Assembly: GCA_025800205.1 (NCBI GenBank)
Contig: JAOXSD010000174.1
Span: forward strand, 9,544-73,543
From: Silicimonas sp.
GTDB taxonomy: Bacteria > Pseudomonadota > Alphaproteobacteria > Rhodobacterales > Rhodobacteraceae
DNA: 64,000 bases
Reading direction: 5' to 3'
The first letter of the stretch is position 1. Each line of letters starts with the position of its first letter. The translations under genes and the position numbers were made by a program. This document shows positions 16,770 to 26,153 of this stretch, one piece after another. The notes beneath the pieces are model-generated. The model was not told where the DNA came from. It was given only the letters and a program-made list of their open reading frames with translations, and searched no databases.

Positions 16770-17767
16770 TGCAATTCGGCCACCGCGCGTTCCACCCGCA
16801 CGGTCGAACCGACCTCATCCAGGGGATCGCGCCGCAGCCGGTGACCGAGGCAGAGAGGCGCCACCGCGCGGATCTGGGCAAGCCCGACGGCATCCGCGCC
16901 CTCGAAGGCTGCGAGCGCGCGCGCCGCCCGCAACAGCGTCAACTCCCCGCGCAACCCGTCCGAGCCAAGAGCGCTGCACAGGGTCGCGCAATGGGTCAGG
17001 GCCGCCCGGTCGGCACTGGTGTCGCCAAGGGCGGCGCGCGCGGCCAGAATGCGGTTGCGCAGCCGTGTGTCGGCCGCGCGCCAGCGCTTCATGAAGGCCC
17101 GGTGATCGCGCTCATAGGCCTCCCGGCGCAGGATCACCTCGACCCGTTCCTCGATTGTGTCCGGGGAGCGCACTTCGACGGAAAGTCCAAACCGATCAAG
17201 AAGTTGTGGGCGCAGTTCCCCTTCTTCGGGATTGCCGGATCCGACCAGAACGAACCGCGCGGGATGGCGGATCGACAGGCCTTCGCGCTCCACGAGATTT
17301 TCGCCCGATTGCGCCACATCCAGCAGCAGGTCGACCAGATGATCTTCCAGCAGATTGACCTCGTCGATGTAAAGGTAGCCCCGGTTCGCCCGCGCCAGCA
17401 ATCCCGGCTCGAAGGCCTTTTCGCCGCGGGTCAACGCCCGTTCGATATCGAGCGCGCCCAGCACCCGGTCTTCGGTCGCTCCCAGCGGCAGATCAACCAC
17501 CGGGGTCGGGCGGGTGATCCTCCCTTGGTCCTCGATTTCCGCCCAGTCGGGGCAGTCTTCGGGACGGGCGGAATTCACCGGACAGCCCGCCACCTGTTCA
17601 ATCGGCGGCAGCAGGGCGGCAAGGGCGCGCACGGCGGTGGATTTGCCCGTGCCCCGGTCGCCAAAGACCAGAACACCGCCGATGCCGGGGTCGATGGCGG
17701 TCAGGATCATCGCGTGTTTCATCGCCTTCTGGCCGACGATGGCGGAAAAGGGAAAGGGTTGGCTCAT
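16766..17767 (-). CDS. bchI: Mg-chelatase ATPase subunit I
   Basis: MSQPFPFSAIVGQKAMKHAMILTAIDPGIGGVLVFGDRGTGKST. The ATG at 17767 forms an ATGA overlap with the crtA stop. The track start at 17812 is an extension into crtA. Confidence 0.92.
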   Translation of the reverse strand: MSQPFPFSAIVGQKAMKHAMILTAIDPGIGGVLVFGDRGTGKSTAVRALAALLPPIEQVAGCPVNSARPEDCPDWAEIEDQGRITRPTPVVDLPLGATEDRVLGALDIERALTRGEKAFEPGLLARANRGYLYIDEVNLLEDHLVDLLLDVAQSGENLVEREGLSIRHPARFVLVGSGNPEEGELRPQLLDRFGLSVEVRSPDTIEERVEVILRREAYERDHRAFMKRWRAADTRLRNRILAARAALGDTSADRAALTHCATLCSALGSDGLRGELTLLRAARALAAFEGADAVGLAQIRAVAPLCLGHRLRRDPLDEVGSTVRVERAVAELQ

Positions 17768-18417
17768 GGCGCTGCGCCTTCTGCAAGAACCGACATTGGC
17801 TGGCCGTCCCACCGGGGGCCTGCCTCGAGAATGTTGAACCGGGCGTATAGCTCTTCGCGGAACCAGCGCCCTTTGCGCACCGCCCGGATCGCTTGTGCAT
17901 GGGGGCCGTCTTGGCGGGCAAAAGCTGTGAGGCTTTCGGTGTCGGGCCAGATCGAAAAGGTGACCTGATGGAGCCAGGGCACTTCACCGATGCCGATCTT
18001 GAACATGACATTGGGGTCTGCGCCGATCCGGCGCGACACATCGGGCACCCGGCGCCAGAACCGGGCGAGGATCCGCGGTTTGAGCGTGGCGCGGGTGAGC
18101 ACGGCGACCGGTCCGCCGGTGGGGGCTTGGCTTGGGGTGAAGGGCGATGCCCCGGCCCAGGCACCGCGCGCGCCCGTGGGGGCAAGCAGCACGGTCCAGC
18201 TGTCGTCGGCCCGGGCCCGCCAGCGTTGGAACACGGGCGTCTCCGCCAGTCTGCGCCGCGCGGTCTCCGCATCGGGCCAGGTGGCGAGAATCGCCCAGAC
18301 CTTGGTGTTGGGCAATGGCGTAAACCCTTCGCCGGTGCCCGAGCCGCAGAGTTTCCAGAACCCGATATCGGGCAGAGCCGACAGGGCAGGACGGGCCGTT
18401 GCCATCTGCCCCAGCAC
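17764..18417 (-). CDS. crtA: Spheroidene monooxygenase CrtA (true start probably upstream of the first ATG; see findings)
   Basis: LGQMATARPALSALPDIGFWKLCGSGTGEGFTP... is typical CrtA. The frame stays open upstream and encodes IQTVSLSLFRFTPLSARLWV, which looks like genuine CrtA N-terminus, up to about 18474. Confidence 0.85.
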   Translation of the reverse strand: MLGQMATARPALSALPDIGFWKLCGSGTGEGFTPLPNTKVWAILATWPDAETARRRLAETPVFQRWRARADDSWTVLLAPTGARGAWAGASPFTPSQAPTGGPVAVLTRATLKPRILARFWRRVPDVSRRIGADPNVMFKIGIGEVPWLHQVTFSIWPDTESLTAFARQDGPHAQAIRAVRKGRWFREELYARFNILEAGPRWDGQPMSVLAEGAAP

Positions 18418-18518
18418 CCAGAGCCGGGCGCTGAGCGGGGTGAAACGGAACAGGCTGAGGCTGACGGTCTGAATCGCGGCGCTCCTTTCGACCCCATCAA
18501 ATCATTTGACATCACAGT

Positions 18519-18536
18519 TGTAAACTAAACTGGACA
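18519..18536. promoter_or_regulatory. PpsR/CrtJ-type operator palindrome in the divergent crtA / crtI promoter region
   Basis: Perfect TGT-N12-ACA: TGTaaactaaactggACA, 16 nt upstream of the crtI ATG. Confidence 0.7.
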
Positions 18537-18552
18537 GATGTAGCGTGACTTC

Positions 18553-20103
18553 ATGACAGATCCCGATCCCTCAACCGCGCCGGACCATGCCGTGGTGATT
18601 GGCGCGGGCCTTGGTGGGCTGGCTGCGGCCATGCGGCTTGGCGCGCGCGGCTATCGGGTGACGGTGGTCGACCGGCTCGACAGCCCCGGCGGGCGCGCGT
18701 CGGCGATCCGGTTGGGGGGGCACCGTTTCGATCTGGGGCCGACCATTGTCACCGTGCCCCAGGTTTTCCGGGCGCTCTGGGCCGCCTGCGGGCGCGATTT
18801 CGACCACGAGGTGGATCTGCGCGCGCTCAACCCGTTCTATGAAATCCGCTGGCCCGATGGCAGCCGGTTCCGCGCCGAAGGCGACACCCAGGCCATGCTT
18901 GCCGAGGTCACCCGGTTGTCGCCCGATGATGGCGAGGGCTTTCTCAAGCTCCTGACCGAGGCCGAGACGCGCTATGATTTCGGCTTTGAGACTCTGGGGC
19001 GCAAACCGATGAACCGGCTTTGGGATCTCATCAAGGTGCTGCCGACCTTTGCCCGTCTGCGCGCCGATCGTTCGATCTACACCCATGTGGCGCGCCGGGT
19101 CCGTGACCCGCGACTGCGCATGGCGCTCAGCTTCCATCCGCTTTTCATCGGCGGGGATCCGACAAGAGTGACCTCGATCTATGCGCTGGTGGGCCATCTG
19201 GAAAAGGCCTTTGGCGTGCATTACGCCATGGGCGGGGTGGAGGCGATCGCCAGGGCCATGGTGCGGGTCATCGAGGATCAGGGCGGCGCGCTGCGCTTTG
19301 GTGCGGAGGCCGATGAAATCCTGATCGACCGGGGGCGCACCCATGGGGTGCGACTGACCGGCGGGGAGGAGATCCCCGCCTGTCTCGTCGTCTCCAATGC
19401 GGATGCGGGCCACACCTATTCGCGCCTGCTGCGCCACCATCCCAAACGTCGCTGGAGCAATCGCCGCCTGCGCCGCGCGCGCTGGTCCATGGGACTTTTC
19501 GTCTGGTATTTCGGCACCAAGGACAGCGCCGGTCACTGGCCTGATGTGGGTCATCACACGATCCTCAACGGCCCCCGTTATCGCGGTCTTCTGCGCGACA
19601 TGTTCCGCAAAGGGCGGCTGGCGGATGACATGTCGCTTTACCTCCATCGACCCAGTGTCACCGACCCCGGCGTTGCACCGGCGGGCGGGGACACATTTTA
19701 TGTGCTTTCGCCAGTGCCCCATCTGGGTTGGCGCGACCCGGTCAATTGGCACATGGAGGCCGAACCCTATCGCGCCCGGATTGCGGAAACACTGGAAGCC
19801 AGCCTGTTGCCGGGTCTTTCTGAAAAACTCACCGAGAACCTTACCTTCACGCCGGAGACCTTCCGCGACCGCTATCTCAGCCCCTTCGGCAGCGGGTTTT
19901 CGCTGGAGCCGCGCATCCTGCAATCGGCCTGGTTCCGGCCGCACAATGTGTCCGAGGAATGCGCGGGGCTCTATCTTGTCGGCGCGGGCACCCATCCGGG
20001 GGCGGGCCTTCCGGGCGTGATCTCCGCCGCCGAAGTGCTCGACCAGCTTGTGCCCGACCCGCAATGTCCCCGCGCGGCCCCGGTGTTGAGGGCGGCGGAA
20101 TGA
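18553..20103 (+). CDS. crtI: Phytoene desaturase CrtI
   Basis: 516 aa. FAD fold AVVIGAGLGGLAAAMRLGARGYRVTVVDR. C-terminal GLYLVGAGTHPGAGLPGV. Confidence 0.93.
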   Translation: MTDPDPSTAPDHAVVIGAGLGGLAAAMRLGARGYRVTVVDRLDSPGGRASAIRLGGHRFDLGPTIVTVPQVFRALWAACGRDFDHEVDLRALNPFYEIRWPDGSRFRAEGDTQAMLAEVTRLSPDDGEGFLKLLTEAETRYDFGFETLGRKPMNRLWDLIKVLPTFARLRADRSIYTHVARRVRDPRLRMALSFHPLFIGGDPTRVTSIYALVGHLEKAFGVHYAMGGVEAIARAMVRVIEDQGGALRFGAEADEILIDRGRTHGVRLTGGEEIPACLVVSNADAGHTYSRLLRHHPKRRWSNRRLRRARWSMGLFVWYFGTKDSAGHWPDVGHHTILNGPRYRGLLRDMFRKGRLADDMSLYLHRPSVTDPGVAPAGGDTFYVLSPVPHLGWRDPVNWHMEAEPYRARIAETLEASLLPGLSEKLTENLTFTPETFRDRYLSPFGSGFSLEPRILQSAWFRPHNVSEECAGLYLVGAGTHPGAGLPGVISAAEVLDQLVPDPQCPRAAPVLRAAE

Positions 20104-21131
20104 CTGCGCGGTCGGACATGGAGGCCTGCCGGGCGATGATCCGCACCGGCTCGCGATCCTTTCACACCGCCTCGAAACTTCTGCCGCAGCGGCTGCGCGA
20201 TCCGGCGCTGGCGCTTTATGCCTTTTGCCGTTTGGCGGATGATGCGGTTGACGAACATGACGACAAGGCGGGTGCGGTGGTGCGTCTGAATGCGCGGCTT
20301 GAGCGGGCCTATGCGGGCTGTCCCCGGAACAGCCCGGCCGACCGGGCCTTCGCTGAAATGGTGGCCGCCTTCGACATGCCGCGGGCGCTGCCTGATGCGC
20401 TTCTCGAAGGGCTCGCCTGGGATGCGCAGGCGCGCCGCTACGCGACATTGTCCGATCTGCGCGCCTATTCCGCCCGGGTGGCCTCTGCGGTGGGTGTCAT
20501 GATGTGTGTGCTGATGGGGGTGCGCGACCGTGATGCGCTCGCGCGGGCCGCCGATCTCGGCGTCGCCATGCAGCTCACCAATATTGCCCGCGACGTGGGA
20601 GAGGATGCGCGCGCCGGGCGGCTTTACTTGCCGCTTGATTGGTGGGCCGAGGCCGGTCTCGACCCCGAAAGCTTTCTGGCCGCCCCGCGCGCCACCCCGC
20701 CCCTGCGCCGCATGGTGGCCCGGCTTCTGGCGGAGGCCGACCAGCTTTATCTTCAGGCCGATGCGGGCATTGCCGCCCTGCCGCTCAGCGCCCGTCCGGG
20801 TATATTTGCCGCCCGCCACGCCTATGCCGGGATCGGCGGACGCATCCGGGCACGGGATCATGACAGCATCACCGGGCGCGCGATCACCACAGGGGGGCAA
20901 AAGCTCGGATGGCTGGCCCTCGCGCTGCTTCGAACCGGTGTGGTTTCGCTGATGCCCCATTCCGCCACGTTGCATCGAAAACCGCTTGAGGAAACCGCCT
21001 TTCTGGTCGAAGCTGCCGCCAAAGCCGAAGGTCGGCCCGGCCGGGTCGCGGCGCGGTCGAACGCGCTGATCGCGATCCTCACCCAGCTTGAACAGACTGA
21101 CCGGGAGCGACAGGCAACACGGATGTTCTAG
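20100..21131 (+). CDS. crtB: Phytoene synthase CrtB
   Basis: MTARSDMEACRAMIRTGSRSFHTASKLLP...YAFCRLADDAVD...NIARDVGEDARAGRLYLP. ATGA overlap with the crtI stop. Confidence 0.92.
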   Translation: MTARSDMEACRAMIRTGSRSFHTASKLLPQRLRDPALALYAFCRLADDAVDEHDDKAGAVVRLNARLERAYAGCPRNSPADRAFAEMVAAFDMPRALPDALLEGLAWDAQARRYATLSDLRAYSARVASAVGVMMCVLMGVRDRDALARAADLGVAMQLTNIARDVGEDARAGRLYLPLDWWAEAGLDPESFLAAPRATPPLRRMVARLLAEADQLYLQADAGIAALPLSARPGIFAARHAYAGIGGRIRARDHDSITGRAITTGGQKLGWLALALLRTGVVSLMPHSATLHRKPLEETAFLVEAAAKAEGRPGRVAARSNALIAILTQLEQTDRERQATRMF

Positions 21132-21133
21132 CC

Positions 21134-21601
21134 ATGGATTGGCCCCTTTTCGCAACTTTCCTCGCCGCCTGCATGGCCGCGGCCACCACCGGCGCCATGT
21201 TCGCGCCGGGCGCTTGGTATGCGGCGCTGAAAAAGCCGGGCTGGACCCCGCCCAACTGGCTCTTCCCGCTGGCCTGGACCGTGCTTTACATCGCCATGTC
21301 CTGGGCCGCCGCCCGGGTCGCGCCGCTACCGGGCAGTGCCCAGGCGATGGCCCTCTGGGCGTTGCAGATCGCGCTCAACACGCTCTGGACGCCGATCTTT
21401 TTCGGGTTGCGTCGCATGGGCGCGGGGCTGGTGGTGGTCGCCCTCCTCTGGGTCGCGGTCTGTGCCACGCTTCTGAGTTTCTGGGCCCTTGATTCGCTCG
21501 CGGGCCTGCTGTTCGTGCCTTATCTGCTCTGGGTCACCATCGCCACGGCGCTCAACTTCTCGGTCTGGCGCCTCAACACCGGGCCTCAGCCCGCGGCCTG
21601 A
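21134..21601 (+). CDS. tspO: Tryptophan-rich sensory protein TspO (CrtK)
   Basis: 155 aa, 5 TM. WYAALKKPGWTPPNWLFPLAWTVLYIAM...LWTPIFFG...FVPYLLWVTIATALN. Confidence 0.9.
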   Translation: MDWPLFATFLAACMAAATTGAMFAPGAWYAALKKPGWTPPNWLFPLAWTVLYIAMSWAAARVAPLPGSAQAMALWALQIALNTLWTPIFFGLRRMGAGLVVVALLWVAVCATLLSFWALDSLAGLLFVPYLLWVTIATALNFSVWRLNTGPQPAA

Positions 21602-22515
21602 TCGTCAAAGCGCCAGCCGCGCCGCCGGGGGACCCGAAGCGCGATCATCGGCTTCAGCCAGGGTTGCCGGAACCGACGCAGATCCAGCGCCTCATGGACA
21701 CCGCGCGCGGGCGCGCCATCCAACTGGGTCTCCACCAGCGCCCGGCAATAGAACGGCGCATCCAGCATCGGTTTGACCTGGTGTGGCCGACTGTCCGCAT
21801 CGCCCCGGGTTTCCCGCCGGAGCGCCCAGAGCGAGCGGGCCATGGGCCGTTTCGGAGGTGGCGCCTCCTCCCGGATCCCACCATCCGCGCCGAAGCGCAG
21901 GGCAAGCGCGCTCTCCGAGCCGTCCAGCCGGGTTGCGTCATAAAGCGCCAGCACCCCATCGCGGGTCGGATAGCGCGCCCAGGTCCAGTAGGAAAAATCC
22001 TGCTCCAGCGCCCGGCTGCCGAAATTCGCGTCGAAATACCCGTGACCCGACCATTTCAGGCCGCGGTTCAGATCCACCTCGATCCGGGCGACCGGCGCAA
22101 AGGGCCGCCAGATGTGGCTGCCGGTCTCGGTCAGCCGCCATTCCACGTCGCTGATCGCCACCGGGTGCAGAGTGATCCGGCCCGTCACCCGGCCGGGCAG
22201 GGGCGGGGCGGCCCATTCGGTCACATCGATCTCCAGCCGGTCGCCACGCCATGCCATCCGGCTCGGCCCCAGTGTCAGCGCATCAGAATCCTGGCGCAGC
22301 GCAGCCCGTCCCCGATCGGTCATGGTGAACCGGCCGCCGGGGCCATAGGTGGCCACATTCATGCAGACGTGATCCTGCGGTGCCCGTCGCCCGGACCAGC
22401 GATACCAGGGCGAAAAGACCGAGCCTATGAAGGCGATGACCGAGACGGCATGGCGCCCGCAATCGGAGACCCCGTCGACATACCACCAGGCGTAGCCGTT
22501 GGGTGGAACCTCCAG
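21586..22515 (-). CDS. crtC: Hydroxyneurosporene synthase (acyclic carotenoid 1,2-hydratase) CrtC; start codon uncertain
   Basis: RPRFDLEVPPNGYAWWYVDGVSDCGRHAVSVIAFIGSVFSPWY is the conserved CrtC N-terminal region. I found no ATG/GTG/TTG in frame between about 22725 and 22440. 22515 is a CTG placeholder. The stop at 21586 overlaps the tspO 3' end. Confidence 0.75.
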   Translation of the reverse strand: MEVPPNGYAWWYVDGVSDCGRHAVSVIAFIGSVFSPWYRWSGRRAPQDHVCMNVATYGPGGRFTMTDRGRAALRQDSDALTLGPSRMAWRGDRLEIDVTEWAAPPLPGRVTGRITLHPVAISDVEWRLTETGSHIWRPFAPVARIEVDLNRGLKWSGHGYFDANFGSRALEQDFSYWTWARYPTRDGVLALYDATRLDGSESALALRFGADGGIREEAPPPKRPMARSLWALRRETRGDADSRPHQVKPMLDAPFYCRALVETQLDGAPARGVHEALDLRRFRQPWLKPMIALRVPRRRGWRFDDQAAG

Positions 22516-24002
22516 GTCAAACCGAGGTCGCGTGCGATCGCCTCGGCCGCATGCCGGCCGGAGAGCGCCGCCATCGGCAGCCCCGCTCCGGGATGTGCTC
22601 CGCCGCCCGCCAGGTAGAGCCCCCGGATCCGGCTCCGCGCCCGGGGGCGTTTGAACGCCGCCGTCAGCCCCGCCGGGCTCTGGCCGTAGATCGCCCCCAG
22701 GCTTGCCGGGAACATCCGGGCGAACTGGCGCGGGCCTGTCAGCTCCGCCTGGCTGGGTGCCGGGTCCATCTTTGCGCCAAAGCCGCACAGCGCCCTCGTG
22801 ATACGTGTCAGACATTCCGGATCGCCCCTCTCGTCGCCCTCCGCCGCAAGTGGCGGTGCATTTTCAATGATTTCAAAGCGTTCTACTGTTCCGGCCTGTG
22901 GGGTTGCCGCCGCCCCCCGATCCTGGGCGCAGAGGTAGAGCGTCGCGTCACGCGGCATTTGCCCACCTGCGATCGGTCCGAACTCGTCCCTCGGGTCGCG
23001 CGCGAAAAACACGTTATGATGGGCCAGCTCCGGACCCGTCCACCGCGCCGCGCAGGCCAGCACATGGGCAGAGAGTGACCGGCGCTCCACCGCGCCTGCC
23101 CGCACCGCCCGGCAGACGCCAGCGCCCAGCCGACCGGAACTCAAGGCGCGAGGGTCGCCGTTGAACACCACCACATCCGCACCGATCCGCGTGCCGTCGG
23201 AAAGCCGCACGGCGGTTGCGCGGGCATCCTCGGTCTCGATGTCCGCCACCGCCGTTCCGAACCGCGTCACGATCCCTTGTCGCACCGCCAGACCCGCCAA
23301 CGCTTCGGCCAGCCGGTGCATGCCGCCCGTCACACGCCAAATCCCGGCCTCCTCGGCCCGCCAGATCAGGGCCAAGAGCGCAGGCGCGGCGTGCGGCGTG
23401 GCGCCCACATAGGTGGCATAGCGCCCGAAGAGCTGGCGCAGCCTCGGGTCGGTGAAACGCGTGGTGAGCATCTGCTCCAGGCTCTGGTGAGGTGCCATGT
23501 CGCGGATCAGTTGCGGTGCACGCAGGATCTTCGCGACCACTCCCGCGCGGCTCGGGCGGGCAGCTTCCATCATGGGTGCACGGAAGGCCTCGAACAATCG
23601 CGCGGCGCCGGCGCGAAACTTCTCGAACTCCCGCGCGGCTTTGGATCCGGCAAATGTTTCGATCGCCCGGGCGGAGCGGTCAGGGTCGGAATACAGGTCA
23701 AGCCGCCCCCCTTGGGGCCAGAAATGGCGCGCCAGAATCGGTTCTTCCTCAAGCCGCAGGTGGCGGTCCATCCGCTCGCCTGACAAGCCAAAGAGCGCCC
23801 GAAAGACCGGCAACATCGTCAGCACTGTCGGCCCCGCATCCACCGGACCGGCCGCACTAGGACAGGCGCGGATCTTGCCGCCGGGATGGGTCATCGCCTC
23901 GATGACGGTGACGTTGAGCCCGAGCGCCCGCAGATAAAGCGCGGCCGACAATCCGCCCATGCCCGCGCCGATCACAACGGCCTCTGTTTTGGTCCGGTCC
24001 AT
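22425..24002 (-). CDS. crtD: Methoxyneurosporene / hydroxyneurosporene desaturase CrtD
   Basis: MDRTKTEAVVIGAGMGGLSAALYLRALGLNVTVIE FAD fold. C-terminal GLYLAGGGAHPGAGLPMA. The ATG at 24002 lies downstream of the operator sites; the track start at 24041 would lie inside them. Confidence 0.9.
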   Translation of the reverse strand: MDRTKTEAVVIGAGMGGLSAALYLRALGLNVTVIEAMTHPGGKIRACPSAAGPVDAGPTVLTMLPVFRALFGLSGERMDRHLRLEEEPILARHFWPQGGRLDLYSDPDRSARAIETFAGSKAAREFEKFRAGAARLFEAFRAPMMEAARPSRAGVVAKILRAPQLIRDMAPHQSLEQMLTTRFTDPRLRQLFGRYATYVGATPHAAPALLALIWRAEEAGIWRVTGGMHRLAEALAGLAVRQGIVTRFGTAVADIETEDARATAVRLSDGTRIGADVVVFNGDPRALSSGRLGAGVCRAVRAGAVERRSLSAHVLACAARWTGPELAHHNVFFARDPRDEFGPIAGGQMPRDATLYLCAQDRGAAATPQAGTVERFEIIENAPPLAAEGDERGDPECLTRITRALCGFGAKMDPAPSQAELTGPRQFARMFPASLGAIYGQSPAGLTAAFKRPRARSRIRGLYLAGGGAHPGAGLPMAALSGRHAAEAIARDLGLTWRFHPTATPGGMSTGSPIAGAMPSRSSPS

Positions 24003-24030
24003 GGGCAATTCTTGACTCCTGCTCACAGAA

Positions 24031-24071
24031 TGTCCATTCATAATTACATTTGGTGTATTTCACACATTACA
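24031..24071. promoter_or_regulatory. Tandem PpsR/CrtJ-type operators in the divergent crtD / crtE promoter region
   Basis: Two perfect TGT-N12-ACA palindromes 5 nt apart: TGTccattcataattACA (24031-24048) and TGTatttcacacattACA (24054-24071). Confidence 0.8.
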
Positions 24072-24087
24072 CTCGGGGAGGATTGCC

Positions 24088-24960
24088 GTGACCCAAATGG
24101 ATCGATTGGAAGCGCGGATCGAACGGGCCTTGGAAAAGGCGGACGGGCGCCCGGCGCCGGGCAAACTGGCGGCGGCCTTGCGCTATGCGGTGCAACCAGG
24201 CGGCGCGCGGATCCGGCCCACGGTGCTCCTCCAAGTGGCGGCCGCCTGCGGGGATCCGGATCCGAAGGCAGCCCTTTCCGCGGCGGCTGCCCTCGAGTTG
24301 ATCCATTGCGCCAGCCTGGCCCATGACGATTTGCCCGCCTTCGACAATGCGGATCTTCGGCGCGGCAAGCCAAGCCTCCATCGGGCCAGTTCCGAGCCAC
24401 TGGCGATCCTTGCAGGCGACAGTCTCATCATCTCCGCATTCGACGCCCTGGCCGAGGTCGCGGCGCCCGCCAAGGCGCTGGCCCTGATCCGCTGCCTTGC
24501 CCGTCACACCGGTATGCCCTGCGGCATCTGCGCCGGACAGGGTTGGGAAAGCGAGGGGGAGATCGACCTCGCGGCCTATCACCAGTCGAAGACCGGTGCG
24601 CTGTTTACTGCGGCCACCGAAATGGGCGCGCTCGCGGCCGATCAGGACCCCGCGCCCTGGCGTGATCTGGGCGCGATGATCGGCGCCGCTTTTCAGGTTG
24701 CCGATGATCTGCGAGACGCCTTGGGCGACACTGACGAGTTGGGAAAACCGGTGGGGCAGGACGCGCGTCTTGGGCGGCCCAATGCGGTCGAAGCACTTGG
24801 GGTGGCCGGTGCACAGGCGCGGCTTGCCGACATTCTGGCAGGCGCCATTGCCTCGATTCCGGCCTGCCCAGGGGAGGCCGCGCTTGCCCGCATGGTGCGC
24901 GCCACGGCAGAGCGTCTGACCCCGGTTGCGGGCGCCAGTCGCCAGGTGCCTGGTGAGTGA
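24088..24960 (+). CDS. crtE: Geranylgeranyl diphosphate synthase CrtE
   Basis: Polyprenyl synthase Asp-rich motifs: [23 protein letters not shown] and [12 protein letters not shown] start at 24088, 6 nt after a ggggagga SD. Confidence 0.9.
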   Translation: MTQMDRLEARIERALEKADGRPAPGKLAAALRYAVQPGGARIRPTVLLQVAAACGDPDPKAALSAAAALELIHCASLAHDDLPAFDNADLRRGKPSLHRASSEPLAILAGDSLIISAFDALAEVAAPAKALALIRCLARHTGMPCGICAGQGWESEGEIDLAAYHQSKTGALFTAATEMGALAADQDPAPWRDLGAMIGAAFQVADDLRDALGDTDELGKPVGQDARLGRPNAVEALGVAGAQARLADILAGAIASIPACPGEAALARMVRATAERLTPVAGASRQVPGE

Positions 24961-26053
24961 ATTGACAAACGCCGCGCCGGTTCGGCGCGGATGGCGAAGT
25001 CGCGCACAGGCCCTGCTAGCGCGCCCGGGATTTCAAGCCTGGGCGGCGCGATTCCCCTTGACACGAAGGCTTGCACGCCGCGATGGGGCGGAGCTTTTCG
25101 ATCTTGTTGCGGGTTTTGTCCATTCTCAGGCACTGGCCGCGCTGCTCGGCCTCGGGGTCATTGATCGGCTCGCTTTCGGGGCTTGTGATCCGGCCTCGCT
25201 TGCCAGGGATCTGGATTGCGATCCAAGCCGGCTGCAGGTGCTTTGCCGGGCGGGTGTGGCTCTGGGTCTGTTGCGGAGGGATCGGCATGGGCGTTTGTCG
25301 CTCACCCGAAAGGGTGCCGTTCTGCCCCATGTGCCGGGATTGCGCGGCATGATCGAGCATCACCGGGTGCTCTATCGTGATCTTGCCGATCCGGAGCCAT
25401 TTTTTCGCGCGCCTTGCGAGACGGAACTCGCTCATTTCTGGCCCTATGTCTTTGGCGCGCAACAGGCCGAGGATCCCGAGGCGCCGCGCCGCTATTCCAC
25501 ACTCATGTCCGACAGTCAGGCGCTGATCGCGCAGGAGACACTCGCGCTCTCGCCCTTGCGCGGGGTGCGGCATCTGATGGACCTGGGTGGCGGACAGGGT
25601 GTGTTTCTCCGCCATGCTGCGGCCCAGCAGCCGGGCCTGAAATGCACGCTCTTCGATCTGCCCCAAGTGGTCGCTGGGGCCGTGGATTTGCCGCCGGACA
25701 CCCGCGTTCTGGCAGGGTCGTTTAGTGACGATCCACTGCCGCGAGATGCGGATGCGATCAGTCTGATCAGAGTGCTTTATGATCATGATGACGAGACCAT
25801 TGCAGCACTTCTGGCCCGGGTCCATGACGCGCTTCCCGAAGGCGGGCGCGTGTTGATTTCCGAGCCGATGCTGACGGGTGGCCGCGCGACCGATGTCTAT
25901 TTCGCGATCTACACGCTTGCCATGGGAACCGGGCGGACACGGTCGCCTGCGGAGATCTGCGGACTTCTCGAGCGGGCCGGATTTTCCGAGCTAAGGGTCG
26001 GAAGAACCCGAAGAAAATTCATCACGGAAGTCATAACCGCCCGGCGCAAGTGA
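24926..26053 (+). CDS. crtF: Demethylspheroidene O-methyltransferase CrtF
   Basis: O-methyltransferase with the SAM motif [11 protein letters not shown]. Follows crtE as in Rhodobacter. The track start is a TTG at 24926; an in-frame GTG at 24953 is an alternative. Overlaps the crtE 3' end. Confidence 0.85.
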   Translation: MRAPVARCLVSELTNAAPVRRGWRSRAQALLARPGFQAWAARFPLTRRLARRDGAELFDLVAGFVHSQALAALLGLGVIDRLAFGACDPASLARDLDCDPSRLQVLCRAGVALGLLRRDRHGRLSLTRKGAVLPHVPGLRGMIEHHRVLYRDLADPEPFFRAPCETELAHFWPYVFGAQQAEDPEAPRRYSTLMSDSQALIAQETLALSPLRGVRHLMDLGGGQGVFLRHAAAQQPGLKCTLFDLPQVVAGAVDLPPDTRVLAGSFSDDPLPRDADAISLIRVLYDHDDETIAALLARVHDALPEGGRVLISEPMLTGGRATDVYFAIYTLAMGTGRTRSPAEICGLLERAGFSELRVGRTRRKFITEVITARRK

Positions 26054-26070
26054 TCTGCTCATTTAGGTAA

Positions 26071-26114
26071 TGTCTATTTTAGTTGACAGTTTGATATGTG
26101 CTAATAGACTTACA
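26071..26114. promoter_or_regulatory. Tandem PpsR/CrtJ-type operators at the bchC promoter
   Basis: TGTctattttagttgACA (26071-26088) and TGTgctaatagacttACA (26097-26114), 8 nt apart, in an unusually AT-rich stretch just after the crtF stop. Confidence 0.8.
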
Positions 26115-26153
26115 TTCAGGCCATTCGACCGAGTCTGGCCGGGGAGGACGAAA

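Noticed and set aside
16286-17968. 560-aa + strand ORF opposite bchD/bchI (with the related ORFs 15655..17094 and 16038..16844)
   Set aside because: It is antisense to the Mg-chelatase genes and its product is Arg/Pro-rich.
18537-18560. Second PpsR site next to the crtI start (TGTagcgtgacttcatgACA)
   Set aside because: The spacer is 14 nt, not 12, so it does not fit the TGT-N12-ACA consensus.
18571-20448. 625-aa minus-strand ORF opposite crtI/crtB
   Set aside because: It is antisense to crtI and crtB and its product is low complexity.
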